A stretch of 32,000 nucleotides of DNA from Erysipelotrichaceae bacterium. Lineage in GTDB: Bacteria; Bacillota_I; Bacilli_A; Erysipelotrichales; Erysipelotrichaceae. Positions 1-8,010 of this stretch are shown piece by piece (position 1 is the first letter of the stretch; every line of letters starts with the position of its first letter). The DNA lies in the NCBI GenBank assembly GCA_963663995.1, contig OY760660.1, forward strand, positions 1,620,001-1,652,000, in the 5' to 3' direction. The position numbers were made by a program, and so were the translations under genes. The notes under the pieces are model-generated. The model searched no databases, was not told the DNA's origin, and was given only the letters and a program-made list of their open reading frames with translations.

Positions 1-2
1 AA

Positions 3-632
3 AGATATAAAGATTATTTAGTTGCACAAATAAATAAGTCTAATGTCTCAGTACACTTAGCTACTAAATTAACAACTGATGAGCTTAGAAAGTTGGAAGC
101 CGATTCAGTTATATTGGCATTAGGTGCTTCACCAAGTAAACCTAGTATTGATGGAATAGATGAACCTTATGTCTACTCAGCATTGGAAGCCTATGAAAAA
201 CAAAATAACATAGGTGAAAATGTTTTAGTTATTGGTGGAGGTCTAGTAGGTTGTGAAATTGCTGCATTATTAGCAAGTCAAAATAAAACGGTTACAGTAG
301 TTGAATTCACAGATGAAATCATCTCAAATGCTAATCGTCACGTAAAAGAAGGATTATTACAAAAAATGTCACAATACGATAATCTTGATGTATTGACATC
401 AACAAGTTGTACAAGAATCCAAAATAACAAAGCAGAATTAAATAGTGCAAATAAAAAACAAAGCATTCATGTAGATACTGTTATTTATTCAACAGGTATG
501 TGTTCTAGGAAAGATGAAGCAAATAGTATGTTTGGAATTATTCAAGATACAAATATAATTGGTGATGCAAATAAAGTTGCCACCGTCTGGGAAGCAACAC
601 ATGATGGTTATTTCTCAGCGCAAAAATTGTAG
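3..632 (+). CDS. FAD/NAD(P)-binding oxidoreductase, C-terminal part (5'-partial; NADH:flavin / 2,4-dienoyl-CoA-reductase-like)
   Basis: Frame 3 is open from the window edge, so the TTG 'start' at 93 in the track is an artefact of the window. It has a dinucleotide-binding motif VLVIGGGLVGCEIAA and a late IIGDA motif, typical of the pyridine-nucleotide-disulfide-type domain fused to OYE-like flavoenzymes. Confidence 0.7.
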   Translation, partial: RYKDYLVAQINKSNVSVHLATKLTTDELRKLEADSVILALGASPSKPSIDGIDEPYVYSALEAYEKQNNIGENVLVIGGGLVGCEIAALLASQNKTVTVVEFTDEIISNANRHVKEGLLQKMSQYDNLDVLTSTSCTRIQNNKAELNSANKKQSIHVDTVIYSTGMCSRKDEANSMFGIIQDTNIIGDANKVATVWEATHDGYFSAQKL

Positions 633-652
633 AAATTTTCAATTATTATTTA

Positions 653-678
653 TGCCGACTATTATGTCGGCATATTTT
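653..678 (+). terminator. Rho-independent terminator candidate
   Basis: TGCCGAC (653-659) pairs with GTCGGCA (666-672), followed by TATTTT, 20 nt after the stop at 632. Confidence 0.55.
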
Positions 679-729
679 GTAAGATGCAAAAATGGAAAGT
701 TTTTTCACATGCTATGCTTTAATATAGAT

Positions 730-1563
730 ATGATGAAAATAAAAGACTACCACACACATACAGAATTCAGTGATGATTCAGTTTATCCTATGGAAGAAGC
801 GGTTGTTGATGCGATTAATTTCGGTATAGAGGAATTATGTTTTACTGATCATGTAGATTATGGTGTTCATCCAGATTTCCATGATCCAAGTGCTAAAGTT
901 GTTAATGGAAAGAAAATTGCTAATGTAGATTATCCAGTTTATATCAAGCGAATTGATGAGCTACAAGTAAAATATAAAGATCAAATCGTTTTGAGGAAGG
1001 GATTAGAGTTTGGGATTCAAACACACACTATTGATCAATTTCAAAAAGTTTTCGATAGTTATGACTTGGACTTTGTTTTATTATCAATACACCAAGTACA
1101 CGATGAAGAGTTTTGGACATTCGAATATCAAGATTCAAAAACACAAGATGAATATAACTTAGGCTATTACCAAGAAATGTTAGATGTCATAAAGCTTTAT
1201 AAAGATTATAGTGTATTAGCTCATATGGATTTAATGCGTCGCTATGATAAAAATGGACATTATCCTTTTGAAAAAACAAAAGAGATCGTTACTGAAATAT
1301 TAAAACTCGTTATTAAAGATGGCAAAGGGATAGAAGTAAACACATCATCCTTTAAATATGGTCTAGATGATTTAATGCCATCAACTGATATTTTAAAATT
1401 ATATAAAGAACTAGGTGGACGAATTATTACGATAGGAAGTGATTCACATCGCAAAGAACATTTAGGTTCTCATATTAAAGAAGTTAAAGAAACATTGAAA
1501 GTATTAGGGTACACAGAATACTGCACATTTGAGAAAATGAATGTTATTTTTCATGCTTTATAA
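730..1563 (+). CDS. PHP-domain histidinol-phosphatase-family (HisJ-type) phosphoesterase
   Basis: The track ORF starts at 559, but that extension overlaps the previous gene and the terminator. The conserved N-terminus MMKIKDYHTHTEFSDDS (HxH metal motif) begins at ATG 730. FTDHVDY, LSIHQV and GSDSH motifs fit the PHP fold. Confidence 0.8.
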   Translation: MMKIKDYHTHTEFSDDSVYPMEEAVVDAINFGIEELCFTDHVDYGVHPDFHDPSAKVVNGKKIANVDYPVYIKRIDELQVKYKDQIVLRKGLEFGIQTHTIDQFQKVFDSYDLDFVLLSIHQVHDEEFWTFEYQDSKTQDEYNLGYYQEMLDVIKLYKDYSVLAHMDLMRRYDKNGHYPFEKTKEIVTEILKLVIKDGKGIEVNTSSFKYGLDDLMPSTDILKLYKELGGRIITIGSDSHRKEHLGSHIKEVKETLKVLGYTEYCTFEKMNVIFHAL

Positions 1564-1617
1564 CATATCTTTGCATCATTGATATAAGGCAAAAAAATGC
1601 TGTGGTAAAATTCTACT

Positions 1618-2343
1618 ATGGATTATATACAAGTCGATAAAACATCAAAAATTCCTATTTACAATCAAATAGCTGGATCACTTGAAGATGCCATTCTAAA
1701 TCATTTATTACCAAATGGTTACCATCTTCCAACTGAAAAGGAAATTGCTGATTTTTATAATGTCAGTATTGGTATTGTGAAAATTGCGTTTGCTTTATTA
1801 GAAGAAAGAAATCTCGTTTTAAGAATAAAAGGCAAAGGTTCATTTGTTAAAAATAGAGAAAAACATTTCTATAAACTCTCTGATTTAAGGTTAGATTTGG
1901 AAACACATATTCCATTTCACACTGCTTTGTTTGAAAAGAAAAACTCATCTAAATTAGATCCTTCCTATGCACGTTATTTTGATGATCCTAATTTATATCA
2001 CTGTATTCGTATTTTCCAAGATGAGTACACCGCTATAGTTATTGAAGAAAGTTTCCTAGTTACTGATATTACTCGACGTTTCGCAGGAAAAGTTAGAAGT
2101 GGTGAAGGGATCTCCAAATTAATCCATCTATCAGAAAGATATGATTTAAAAGATTTAAAAAATGTTATTTTTGTGCAATTAGCGGATTCAAAACTTTCTA
2201 AGATATTTTCAATAGGGATTGGTGAACCTGTCACTCGTATTGAAAGTATGGTTTATGATAAGTTCGACAAAATTGTCGCAATCTTAGTACGTTATTTCCC
2301 TAGTGAATATGTGGAAGTCGAAAGTGAGATTCGACATGCTTAA
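1618..2343 (+). CDS. GntR-family transcriptional regulator, HutC subfamily (wHTH + UTRA effector domain)
   Basis: N-terminal IYNQIAGSLEDAILNHLLPNGYHLPTEKEIADFYNVSIGIVKIAFALLEERNLVLRIKGKGSFV is a canonical GntR winged helix. Its ~240 aa length and C-terminal pattern fit UTRA. Confidence 0.85.
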   Translation: MDYIQVDKTSKIPIYNQIAGSLEDAILNHLLPNGYHLPTEKEIADFYNVSIGIVKIAFALLEERNLVLRIKGKGSFVKNREKHFYKLSDLRLDLETHIPFHTALFEKKNSSKLDPSYARYFDDPNLYHCIRIFQDEYTAIVIEESFLVTDITRRFAGKVRSGEGISKLIHLSERYDLKDLKNVIFVQLADSKLSKIFSIGIGEPVTRIESMVYDKFDKIVAILVRYFPSEYVEVESEIRHA

Positions 2344-3067
2344 CTTAAAATTTGATAGAAGAAAGAATAAATCATTACCTGAACAACTTTTAGAAGCCAT
2401 AAAAAAGGAAGTAACTCTCCATCATTTTGCGACTTATACTGAACTTGCTGATATGAAAGAGTTTGCTGAAAGATACCAAATTAGTTTAGAGGAAGTTAAA
2501 TGGATTTATGATGAGCTCATTAACGAAAAATGTGTTCTATTAAAAGACAATAAATATTACTTCACAGATTTTGAAATTCCAAGTATTTTCTTTGATGATG
2601 TTCATTCCATTTATGACATTATTGAAAAAAACAATTATAAGGCAACTTTTAGAGACTTAAATTTTGAAGTGTGCGAATTTCCAGATAGTGCAAAGGAAAA
2701 TTTTCCGAGCCTCGTTGGTTTAAGTGTTCATGTTGAACGACTTTTCTACGGCGATAGTCGACCTGTTTTATTGGCGAATTTCTATTACCCCTTAGATGTT
2801 TTCCCTAATTTAGATAAAGAGATATTTAAAGATAGACCGATTTGGGATTTGCTTAAGAGTAAATATGATGCGATTCCTGAATACGTGAAACAAAACTTTC
2901 ATGTAGTTTTATTAAAGGCAGAAGAAAAGCTTTTACTAGAAACTGATTTTGATTATGCACATAATGTTAAGAGTGTGATTAAAAGCCAAAAGGGAGATGT
3001 CTTGGAATATTCTGAAATCTATCTTAAAATAGATGAAATCAGTTTTAGATATGATATAAAAATTTAA
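2336..3067 (+). CDS. Second HutC/GntR-like regulator paralog with a divergent wHTH
   Basis: ATG 2336 (MLNLKFDRRKNKSLPEQLLEAIKKE...) lies in ATGCTTAA and overlaps the upstream stop by 8 nt. The architecture matches the upstream gene (LPEQLLEAIKK...FAERYQISLEEVKWIYDELINEKCVLLKDNKYYF, then a ~170-aa UTRA-like region), but the usual KGxGxFV wing is missing. The track start at 2303 is less likely. Confidence 0.65.
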   Translation: MLNLKFDRRKNKSLPEQLLEAIKKEVTLHHFATYTELADMKEFAERYQISLEEVKWIYDELINEKCVLLKDNKYYFTDFEIPSIFFDDVHSIYDIIEKNNYKATFRDLNFEVCEFPDSAKENFPSLVGLSVHVERLFYGDSRPVLLANFYYPLDVFPNLDKEIFKDRPIWDLLKSKYDAIPEYVKQNFHVVLLKAEEKLLLETDFDYAHNVKSVIKSQKGDVLEYSEIYLKIDEISFRYDIKI

Positions 3068-3077
3068 GAGGTCATCA

Positions 3078-3629
3078 ATGAAAGAAATATGTGTTGTTGT
3101 GGATATGATTAATGGTTTTATAAACGAAGGACCCTTATCAGACCCAAGTATTAACCAAATTGTTCCAAAAACAGTGGAAGTAATCGAAAGCTTTCTCCAT
3201 CAAAAAAAAGATGTATTAGCATTTCAGGATGCTCACACTGAAGATGCTTTGGAGTTTAAAAATTATCCACCACATTGTTTAAAAGGTACAAGTGAAAGTG
3301 ATTTAATACCCGAACTGAAACCTTTCGAAAAAGACATGATCCAAATCGAAAAGAACACAACAAATGGTTTCTTTGCCCCTGACTTTCAAAATTACTTAAA
3401 AGCAAATCCTGACTTAGAATCAGTAACGGTAGTCGGTTGTTGTACAGATATTTGTGTGCTTCAATTTGTTGAAACTTTAAAAACCTATTCACAAACTGTA
3501 AACAAAGATATTGAAGTTAAAGTTGTGAAGGATGCGGTTGATACGTTTGACATGGAAGGGCATGATAAAGAAGTCTTTAATGCTATATCAATACAGTTAA
3601 TGCAAAGTTGTGGAGTGATATTGGTTTAA
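3078..3629 (+). CDS. Isochorismatase-family cysteine hydrolase (nicotinamidase-like)
   Basis: VVVDMINGF (catalytic Asp region), YPPHCLKGTSESDLIPEL (resembles the PncA WPxHC block) and VVGCCTDICV (nucleophile Cys). GAGG lies 7 nt upstream of the ATG. Confidence 0.85.
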   Translation: MKEICVVVDMINGFINEGPLSDPSINQIVPKTVEVIESFLHQKKDVLAFQDAHTEDALEFKNYPPHCLKGTSESDLIPELKPFEKDMIQIEKNTTNGFFAPDFQNYLKANPDLESVTVVGCCTDICVLQFVETLKTYSQTVNKDIEVKVVKDAVDTFDMEGHDKEVFNAISIQLMQSCGVILV

Positions 3630-3642
3630 TTAATATGTATAA

Positions 3643-3670
3643 GGCTAATTAAGTAAAATTAGTCTTTTTT
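3643..3670 (+). terminator. Rho-independent terminator
   Basis: GGCTAATT (3643-3650) pairs with AATTAGTC (3657-3664, one G-U pair), with a 6-nt loop and then TTTTTT. Confidence 0.6.
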
Positions 3671-3751
3671 ATGACTTGTTAAAAAATTAAAAATGCATAC
3701 AATTAGTGTATATGTGGGTGGCATATTAATATAATTGTGAGAGGTGTTTGT

Positions 3752-4201
3752 ATGAAACAATATCGTCTACGTGATTATGTATTTGCCATGATTGCTATTG
3801 TTGTCGGTGGACAAGTATTGTTTAATTTGTCATTTAGTCTATTAGGACTACCGTATGCAATCCAAAATAATCTATTGCCAGAGGCTTTCCTAATATTGGC
3901 CGGTTATAGTGTTGCAGGTGCTTTAGTTTGGGCAATGTTTCGTTATTCAATAAATCGCAAACTATATAAAAGTACAGTATTTGCAACTTTATTTACGCTG
4001 CCTTTAATGGGTATTATGTTGGCCATCGGTATTACTTTCTTTGAGAGTAACAAACTTATACCACTGTCTATTGGACTTTTAGTATCAATTCTAGTTTATG
4101 CTTTCCTATTCATTAGAAAAGCACCATGGGTTTATTATTTCATGATGCTTTATGTGGATGTATTAGCTTTAATGATTGTATTATTTGATATCCAAATTTA
4201 A
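3752..4201 (+). CDS. Hypothetical polytopic membrane protein
   Basis: ATG 3752 is preceded by GAGAGGTG (the track's GTG at 3737 is less likely). About 149 aa with roughly five hydrophobic segments; no family recognised. Confidence 0.55.
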   Translation: MKQYRLRDYVFAMIAIVVGGQVLFNLSFSLLGLPYAIQNNLLPEAFLILAGYSVAGALVWAMFRYSINRKLYKSTVFATLFTLPLMGIMLAIGITFFESNKLIPLSIGLLVSILVYAFLFIRKAPWVYYFMMLYVDVLALMIVLFDIQI

Positions 4202-4996
4202 TTTGAATAGTTTAATAAAAGCTTTAGCTAAACCATCGTTGAAAAGGTCATCTGTGACAACATCAGCGATGGTTTTTACTTTGTCTTCAGCGTTACCCAT
4301 CGCGACTCCATAACCCACTAATTCAAGCATTTCAATATCATTTAAACCATCACCAAAAGCAAAACTATCTGTTTGTTTTAAACCAGCTTTATCGACAACT
4401 TTCATACAAGAAGATCCTTTTGTGTGACCTGGTAAATGAATATCTATTCTTAAATCACTTGGATCATAATAGGCATGAATTTCCCAGTCTTCAGGTAATG
4501 CTTTTTCAACATTTCGCATATCCCTTTCATTATCAAAAGATGCTGTGATTGCAGAGGCTTCTATCAATTTTAGATTAAAAGGTAAAGCTAGTTTTTCTAA
4601 ATCCTCTCTTTTTGCACCATAATGCATGGAATGCTTAATCGCAAACTCTTTATATTCATCGGCTAACCAATATCCATTAACACCTTGAAAAGAAGAACCA
4701 GCTCTGTTTTCCTTAAAAATATGATGTAAAAACTCTATTTGTTCTAAATTAAAAATATTATTTAATAAAATCTCGTTTTGATACTCTACATATTGACCGT
4801 TATTTAAAACAAAACCATCAAACCACTCTTTTTGAACAGTTATAGGTAAGCGTGCTCTTGAGGTTGCACAGATTAAAATATTCCCATTTTCTCGATACTG
4901 TTTAAAGGCGTTTATAGTATTTTGACTTGGCTCATTCATATTTTTTGAGTAATCTAACATCGTTCCATCAATATCAATAAAAGCAATTTTTGTCAT
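4181..4996 (-). CDS. Cof-type HAD-IIB sugar-phosphate phosphatase
   Basis: Motif I FIDIDGTML and motif IV GDGLNDIEML, with a cap domain between them; 271 aa. Confidence 0.85.
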   Translation of the reverse strand: MTKIAFIDIDGTMLDYSKNMNEPSQNTINAFKQYRENGNILICATSRARLPITVQKEWFDGFVLNNGQYVEYQNEILLNNIFNLEQIEFLHHIFKENRAGSSFQGVNGYWLADEYKEFAIKHSMHYGAKREDLEKLALPFNLKLIEASAITASFDNERDMRNVEKALPEDWEIHAYYDPSDLRIDIHLPGHTKGSSCMKVVDKAGLKQTDSFAFGDGLNDIEMLELVGYGVAMGNAEDKVKTIADVVTDDLFNDGLAKAFIKLFKLNLDIK

Positions 4997-5081
4997 ACAT
5001 CTCTCTCTTTCGATAGTTAGATTTTATCATGTGGATAATTTTAAAAAGGTTATTACGTAAAAATGGAAAGGTTTTTCAATT

Positions 5082-5113
5082 AAAAAAAGTTGAACTCCAT
5101 TTGAATTCAACTT
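5082..5113 (-). terminator. Weak rho-independent terminator for the small minus-strand ORF
   Basis: AAGTTGAA (5087-5094) pairs with TTCAACTT (5106-5113). An A-run lies on the plus-strand side, which is a T-run on the minus strand. The stem is AT-rich and the loop is 11 nt. Confidence 0.4.
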
Positions 5114-5127
5114 AGCAATTTTAAATA

Positions 5128-5361
5128 TTACTTTTTAAGATATGAGAGTAGTTCTTGAGTACCTGCAACTATTGAAACAGCTGCCATCGCAATCAATATG
5201 ATTAAACTTGCTCCTTCGTTTTGTTCAAAATAGATACTAACAAAGACAAGGATTGACAAGAGATAATATAGAACTACTTTAAGGATAGCCTTATTCTTTG
5301 AAGTTTGTGCTTTTTTATTATGAGGAGTATAAGGTCTTTGCAATCTGTAATTAAATAACAT
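5128..5361 (-). CDS. Hypothetical small membrane protein (77 aa, two hydrophobic segments)
   Basis: ORF with GGAAG just upstream and a hairpin downstream; no family recognised. It sits exactly at the truncation junction of the PTS IID remnant. Confidence 0.35.
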   Translation of the reverse strand: MLFNYRLQRPYTPHNKKAQTSKNKAILKVVLYYLLSILVFVSIYFEQNEGASLIILIAMAAVSIVAGTQELLSYLKK

Positions 5362-5389
5362 TTTCTTCCGGTAATGATATTCAAGATAG

Positions 5390-5602
5390 AGTGTTAATAA
5401 TAATCCAGCACTAACAATCGCAGATGGAGAAAGTCCAATTGTTATTCAAAGTGTTTTAGATGGAATCTTACCTAAACTAATTCCTCTTGGTTTAACTTCA
5501 GGCCTCTATTGGTTAATCAAGAATAAGAATTGGTCTGCCGTTAAGTGTATTGGATTATTATTAGTACTTGGCTTAGTAGGAGCTTTCGTAGGCTTCTTCT
5601 AA
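5390..5602 (+). pseudogene. 3' remnant of a mannose/fructose/sorbose-family PTS EIID gene (ManZ/AgaD-like)
   Basis: My translation of frame 2 gives SVNNNPALTIADGESPIVIQSVLDGILPKLIPLGLTSGLYWLIKNKNWSAVKCIGLLLVLGLVGAFVGFF*. This matches the conserved C-terminal ~60 aa of EIID proteins. There is no start codon, and a TAG at 5387-5389 bounds it upstream. Confidence 0.7.
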
Positions 5603-5626
5603 TCAGCACAAATTCTCCCTTCAACG

Positions 5627-5651
5627 AAAGAGTCTCGTAGAGACTCTTTTT
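5627..5651 (+). terminator. Rho-independent terminator retained behind the PTS remnant
   Basis: AAAGAGTCT (5627-5635) pairs with AGACTCTTT (5641-5649), with a 5-nt loop and a T-run. Confidence 0.7.
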
Positions 5652-5727
5652 GTGGAAGTTAGGCAGTAAATTTGTAATAATGTTATTGGTACTTAATTTT
5701 TTAATAATATATAAATAGGAGCGAAAT

Positions 5728-6450
5728 ATGTTTGAAATATTTGTGTGTGATACTTATGATGAAGTATCTAAAAAAGCCAGTGAAGTTGTTTTAGAAGTCT
5801 TAAAACAAGAGAAAGTTACTTTAGGACTTGCGACAGGATCATCTCCTGTAGGGATGTATAAGAACTTAGTGGATGCTTATAAAAATGGACAATCATTTGC
5901 ACATGTAACAAGCGTTAACTTAGATGAGTATGTTGGGATTGATCGAAATAATGAACAAAGTTATTATCACTTCATGTTTGAAAATCTCTTTAAACATGTC
6001 GATATGAAAGAAGAAAATATTCATCTACCATCCGGTACAGGTGAAATGAATGAAGTGACGAAAGCTTATGAAGAGTATTTGGAGAAACATCCACAAGACC
6101 TACAAGTATTAGGGATTGGATCAAATGGTCACATTGGTTTTAATGAACCTGGGACTTCTTTTGATTCAGTTGCACATGTGATTGAACTTAAAGAAGAAAC
6201 AAGAGAAGATAATGCACGTTTCTTTGCTTCAATTGATGAGGTTCCTAGTCATGCGATTACAATGGGAATTAAAGATATCATGAGAGCGAAGAAAATTGTT
6301 TTAATCGCAACTGGTGAAAAGAAAGCTAAAGCGATCTATGAGTTAATTCATGGTGAAATAACTGAAGATGTTCCATGTACGATCCTTCAAAAACATCCCC
6401 ATGTAGTCGTTATTGTAGACAAAGAGGCTGGGAAGCTTTTAGATAAATAG
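5728..6450 (+). CDS. nagB: Glucosamine-6-phosphate deaminase
   Basis: LGLATGSSP and GIGSNGHIGFNEPG motifs; 240 aa; AGGAG upstream. Confidence 0.95.
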   Translation: MFEIFVCDTYDEVSKKASEVVLEVLKQEKVTLGLATGSSPVGMYKNLVDAYKNGQSFAHVTSVNLDEYVGIDRNNEQSYYHFMFENLFKHVDMKEENIHLPSGTGEMNEVTKAYEEYLEKHPQDLQVLGIGSNGHIGFNEPGTSFDSVAHVIELKEETREDNARFFASIDEVPSHAITMGIKDIMRAKKIVLIATGEKKAKAIYELIHGEITEDVPCTILQKHPHVVVIVDKEAGKLLDK

Positions 6451-6465
6451 ATGGAGGGCAATTAT

Positions 6466-7605
6466 ATGATTATTCAAAGTACAAAAGTTTATCTTGAGGA
6501 AATGTGGACAGCTGCCCAAATTGAAATTAAAGATAAGAAGATTTCAGGAATATTCCCATATAAGACAAAAGAAGTAGATGTTGATTATGGAGACAATAAA
6601 ATATACCCAGGCTTCATTGATACCCATTGTCATGGAGCACTAGGTTTTGACACAAATGATGTTGATCCTGAAGGGTTAAAGAAATGGCTTAAAGGTGCAG
6701 CGGATGAAGGTATCACAGCTTTATGTCCAACCACGATTACACAAAGTGAAGAAGTATTAACACAAGCACTCATTAATGTCGCAAGTGTTGCGAACAGTGA
6801 TTACGAAGGTGCGCGTATAGCGGGCATTCATTTTGAAGGTCCTTATCTCAATAAGAAGTTTAAAGGAGCACAACCTGAATCACACATCGTTCAAGGTACA
6901 ATTAAACAATTTGATGAGTTCTATAAAGCATCTGCTGGTTTAATTAAAGTAGTGACAATGGCGACAGAAAATGATCCTGAACATACTTTAACGAAGCACA
7001 TGAATAAGTTAGATATCGCAGTTAACATCGGACATTCAGCTTCAACTTTTGAAGAAGCGCAATTTGCTCTCGCTAACGGAGCCAGTGGATTTACCCATAC
7101 TTTTAATGGAATGAGTCCTTTTAATCACAGAGCACCAGGACTTATGGGTGCATCAATGATTATTCGTGATGGTTATTCAGAAATTATTACAGATGGAGTA
7201 CATGTCAGTTGGCCAGCCATTAATTTATTGTTTAAGGCAAAAGGTAAAGATCATGTGGTCATTATTACTGATTCAGTTCAAGCGAAAAAAATTGGAGTGG
7301 GTCAGTATGTCTTTGGTGGACAAAATATTGAAATTAAAGAAAATGGTGGTGCCTACTTAGAAAGTGGTAATTTAGCAGGAAGCACATTATTATTCAATCG
7401 AGCCCTTCAAAATGTCATCGTACATGCACAAGTTGATGAAGTCAGTGCAATAAACGCGGCTACGATTAACCCTGCAAAAGTCTTAAAACTCAATCACCGT
7501 AAAGGTTTGATTCGGGCAAATTATGATGCCGATATTGTGGTCTTAAATGATAACTATGATGTGCTTGCGACTTATGTCGAAGGTTCATGTGCATATAAAA
7601 AATAG
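6466..7605 (+). CDS. nagA: N-acetylglucosamine-6-phosphate deacetylase
   Basis: FIDTHCHGALGFD and HFEGPYL motifs. ATG 6466 has GGAGGG 7 nt upstream (the track start 6451 is itself part of that SD). It immediately follows nagB. Confidence 0.9.
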   Translation: MIIQSTKVYLEEMWTAAQIEIKDKKISGIFPYKTKEVDVDYGDNKIYPGFIDTHCHGALGFDTNDVDPEGLKKWLKGAADEGITALCPTTITQSEEVLTQALINVASVANSDYEGARIAGIHFEGPYLNKKFKGAQPESHIVQGTIKQFDEFYKASAGLIKVVTMATENDPEHTLTKHMNKLDIAVNIGHSASTFEEAQFALANGASGFTHTFNGMSPFNHRAPGLMGASMIIRDGYSEIITDGVHVSWPAINLLFKAKGKDHVVIITDSVQAKKIGVGQYVFGGQNIEIKENGGAYLESGNLAGSTLLFNRALQNVIVHAQVDEVSAINAATINPAKVLKLNHRKGLIRANYDADIVVLNDNYDVLATYVEGSCAYKK

Positions 7606-7616
7606 GACTATATAAG

Positions 7617-7650
7617 AGATTCTCATATTACAATAGTGAGAATCTTTTTT
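7617..7650 (+). terminator. Rho-independent terminator after nagA
   Basis: AGATTCTCA (7617-7625) pairs with TGAGAATCT (7637-7645), followed by TTTTT. Confidence 0.7.
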
Positions 7651-7695
7651 ATTTGTGATGTTAAGTTATTAGTTGTATTATGTGTATGTACAGTG

Positions 7696-7716
7696 CAATG
7701 CATAGTATGTGCATTG
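7696..7716 (+). promoter_or_regulatory. Inverted repeat upstream of the antitoxin gene (candidate autoregulatory operator)
   Basis: CAATGCA (7696-7702) and TGCATTG (7710-7716) are perfect reverse complements separated by 7 nt. The repeat ends 13 nt upstream of the relB/dinJ ATG. Confidence 0.35.
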
Positions 7717-7728
7717 AAAGGAGATAAA

Positions 7729-8010
7729 ATGGCTACTAAAAATGTTACTATCCGCATGGACGTTGATTTAAAAGAATCCGCAGAAAAACTGTTTAGTGAA
7801 CTTGGTTTAAATATGACGACTGCAGTAACCATGTTTATTAAACAAGCAGTAAGGGAACAAAGAATTCCGTTACCGATATCGCTTAATGTGCCTAATGAAA
7901 AAACGATAGCCGCCATTGAAGAAGGAAGAAGACTTTCGAAAGATCCAAATTCAAAAACTTATTCATCATTGGGTGAAATCATTCAAGAAATTGAGAATGA
8001 AGAGATATAG
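7729..8010 (+). CDS. Type II antitoxin, RelB/DinJ family
   Basis: MATKNVTIRMDVDLKESAEKLFSELGLNMTTAVTMFIKQAVREQRIPLPISL is a canonical DinJ ribbon-helix-helix N-terminus. AAAGGAG lies upstream of ATG 7729; the track start 7636 is an upstream extension. Confidence 0.9.
   Translation: MATKNVTIRMDVDLKESAEKLFSELGLNMTTAVTMFIKQAVREQRIPLPISLNVPNEKTIAAIEEGRRLSKDPNSKTYSSLGEIIQEIENEEI

Noticed and set aside
688-707. A 20-nt motif AAAAATGGAAAG(T/G)TTTTTCA occurs at 688-707 and again at 5059-5078 (19 of 20 identical), both in intergenic DNA.
   Set aside because: It is made of A/T runs. A rough estimate gives about one such near-match by chance in 32 kb of this composition. The two contexts differ (upstream of a plus-strand gene versus between two minus-strand genes).
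559-729. N-terminal extensions given by the ORF track: 559 for the PHP phosphatase, and similarly 2303, 3737, 6451, 7636, 7916, 13436 and 23693.
   Set aside because: The extensions overlap upstream genes or terminators, lack an RBS and add non-conserved residues. An internal ATG with a Shine-Dalgarno site coincides with the conserved family N-terminus in each case.
5680-5700. A NagR/DasR-type dre operator upstream of nagB (TTATTGGTACTTAATT).
   Set aside because: Only a TGGTA half-site resembles the GntR/HutC dre consensus, and the flanks are not palindromic. This is insufficient to call.
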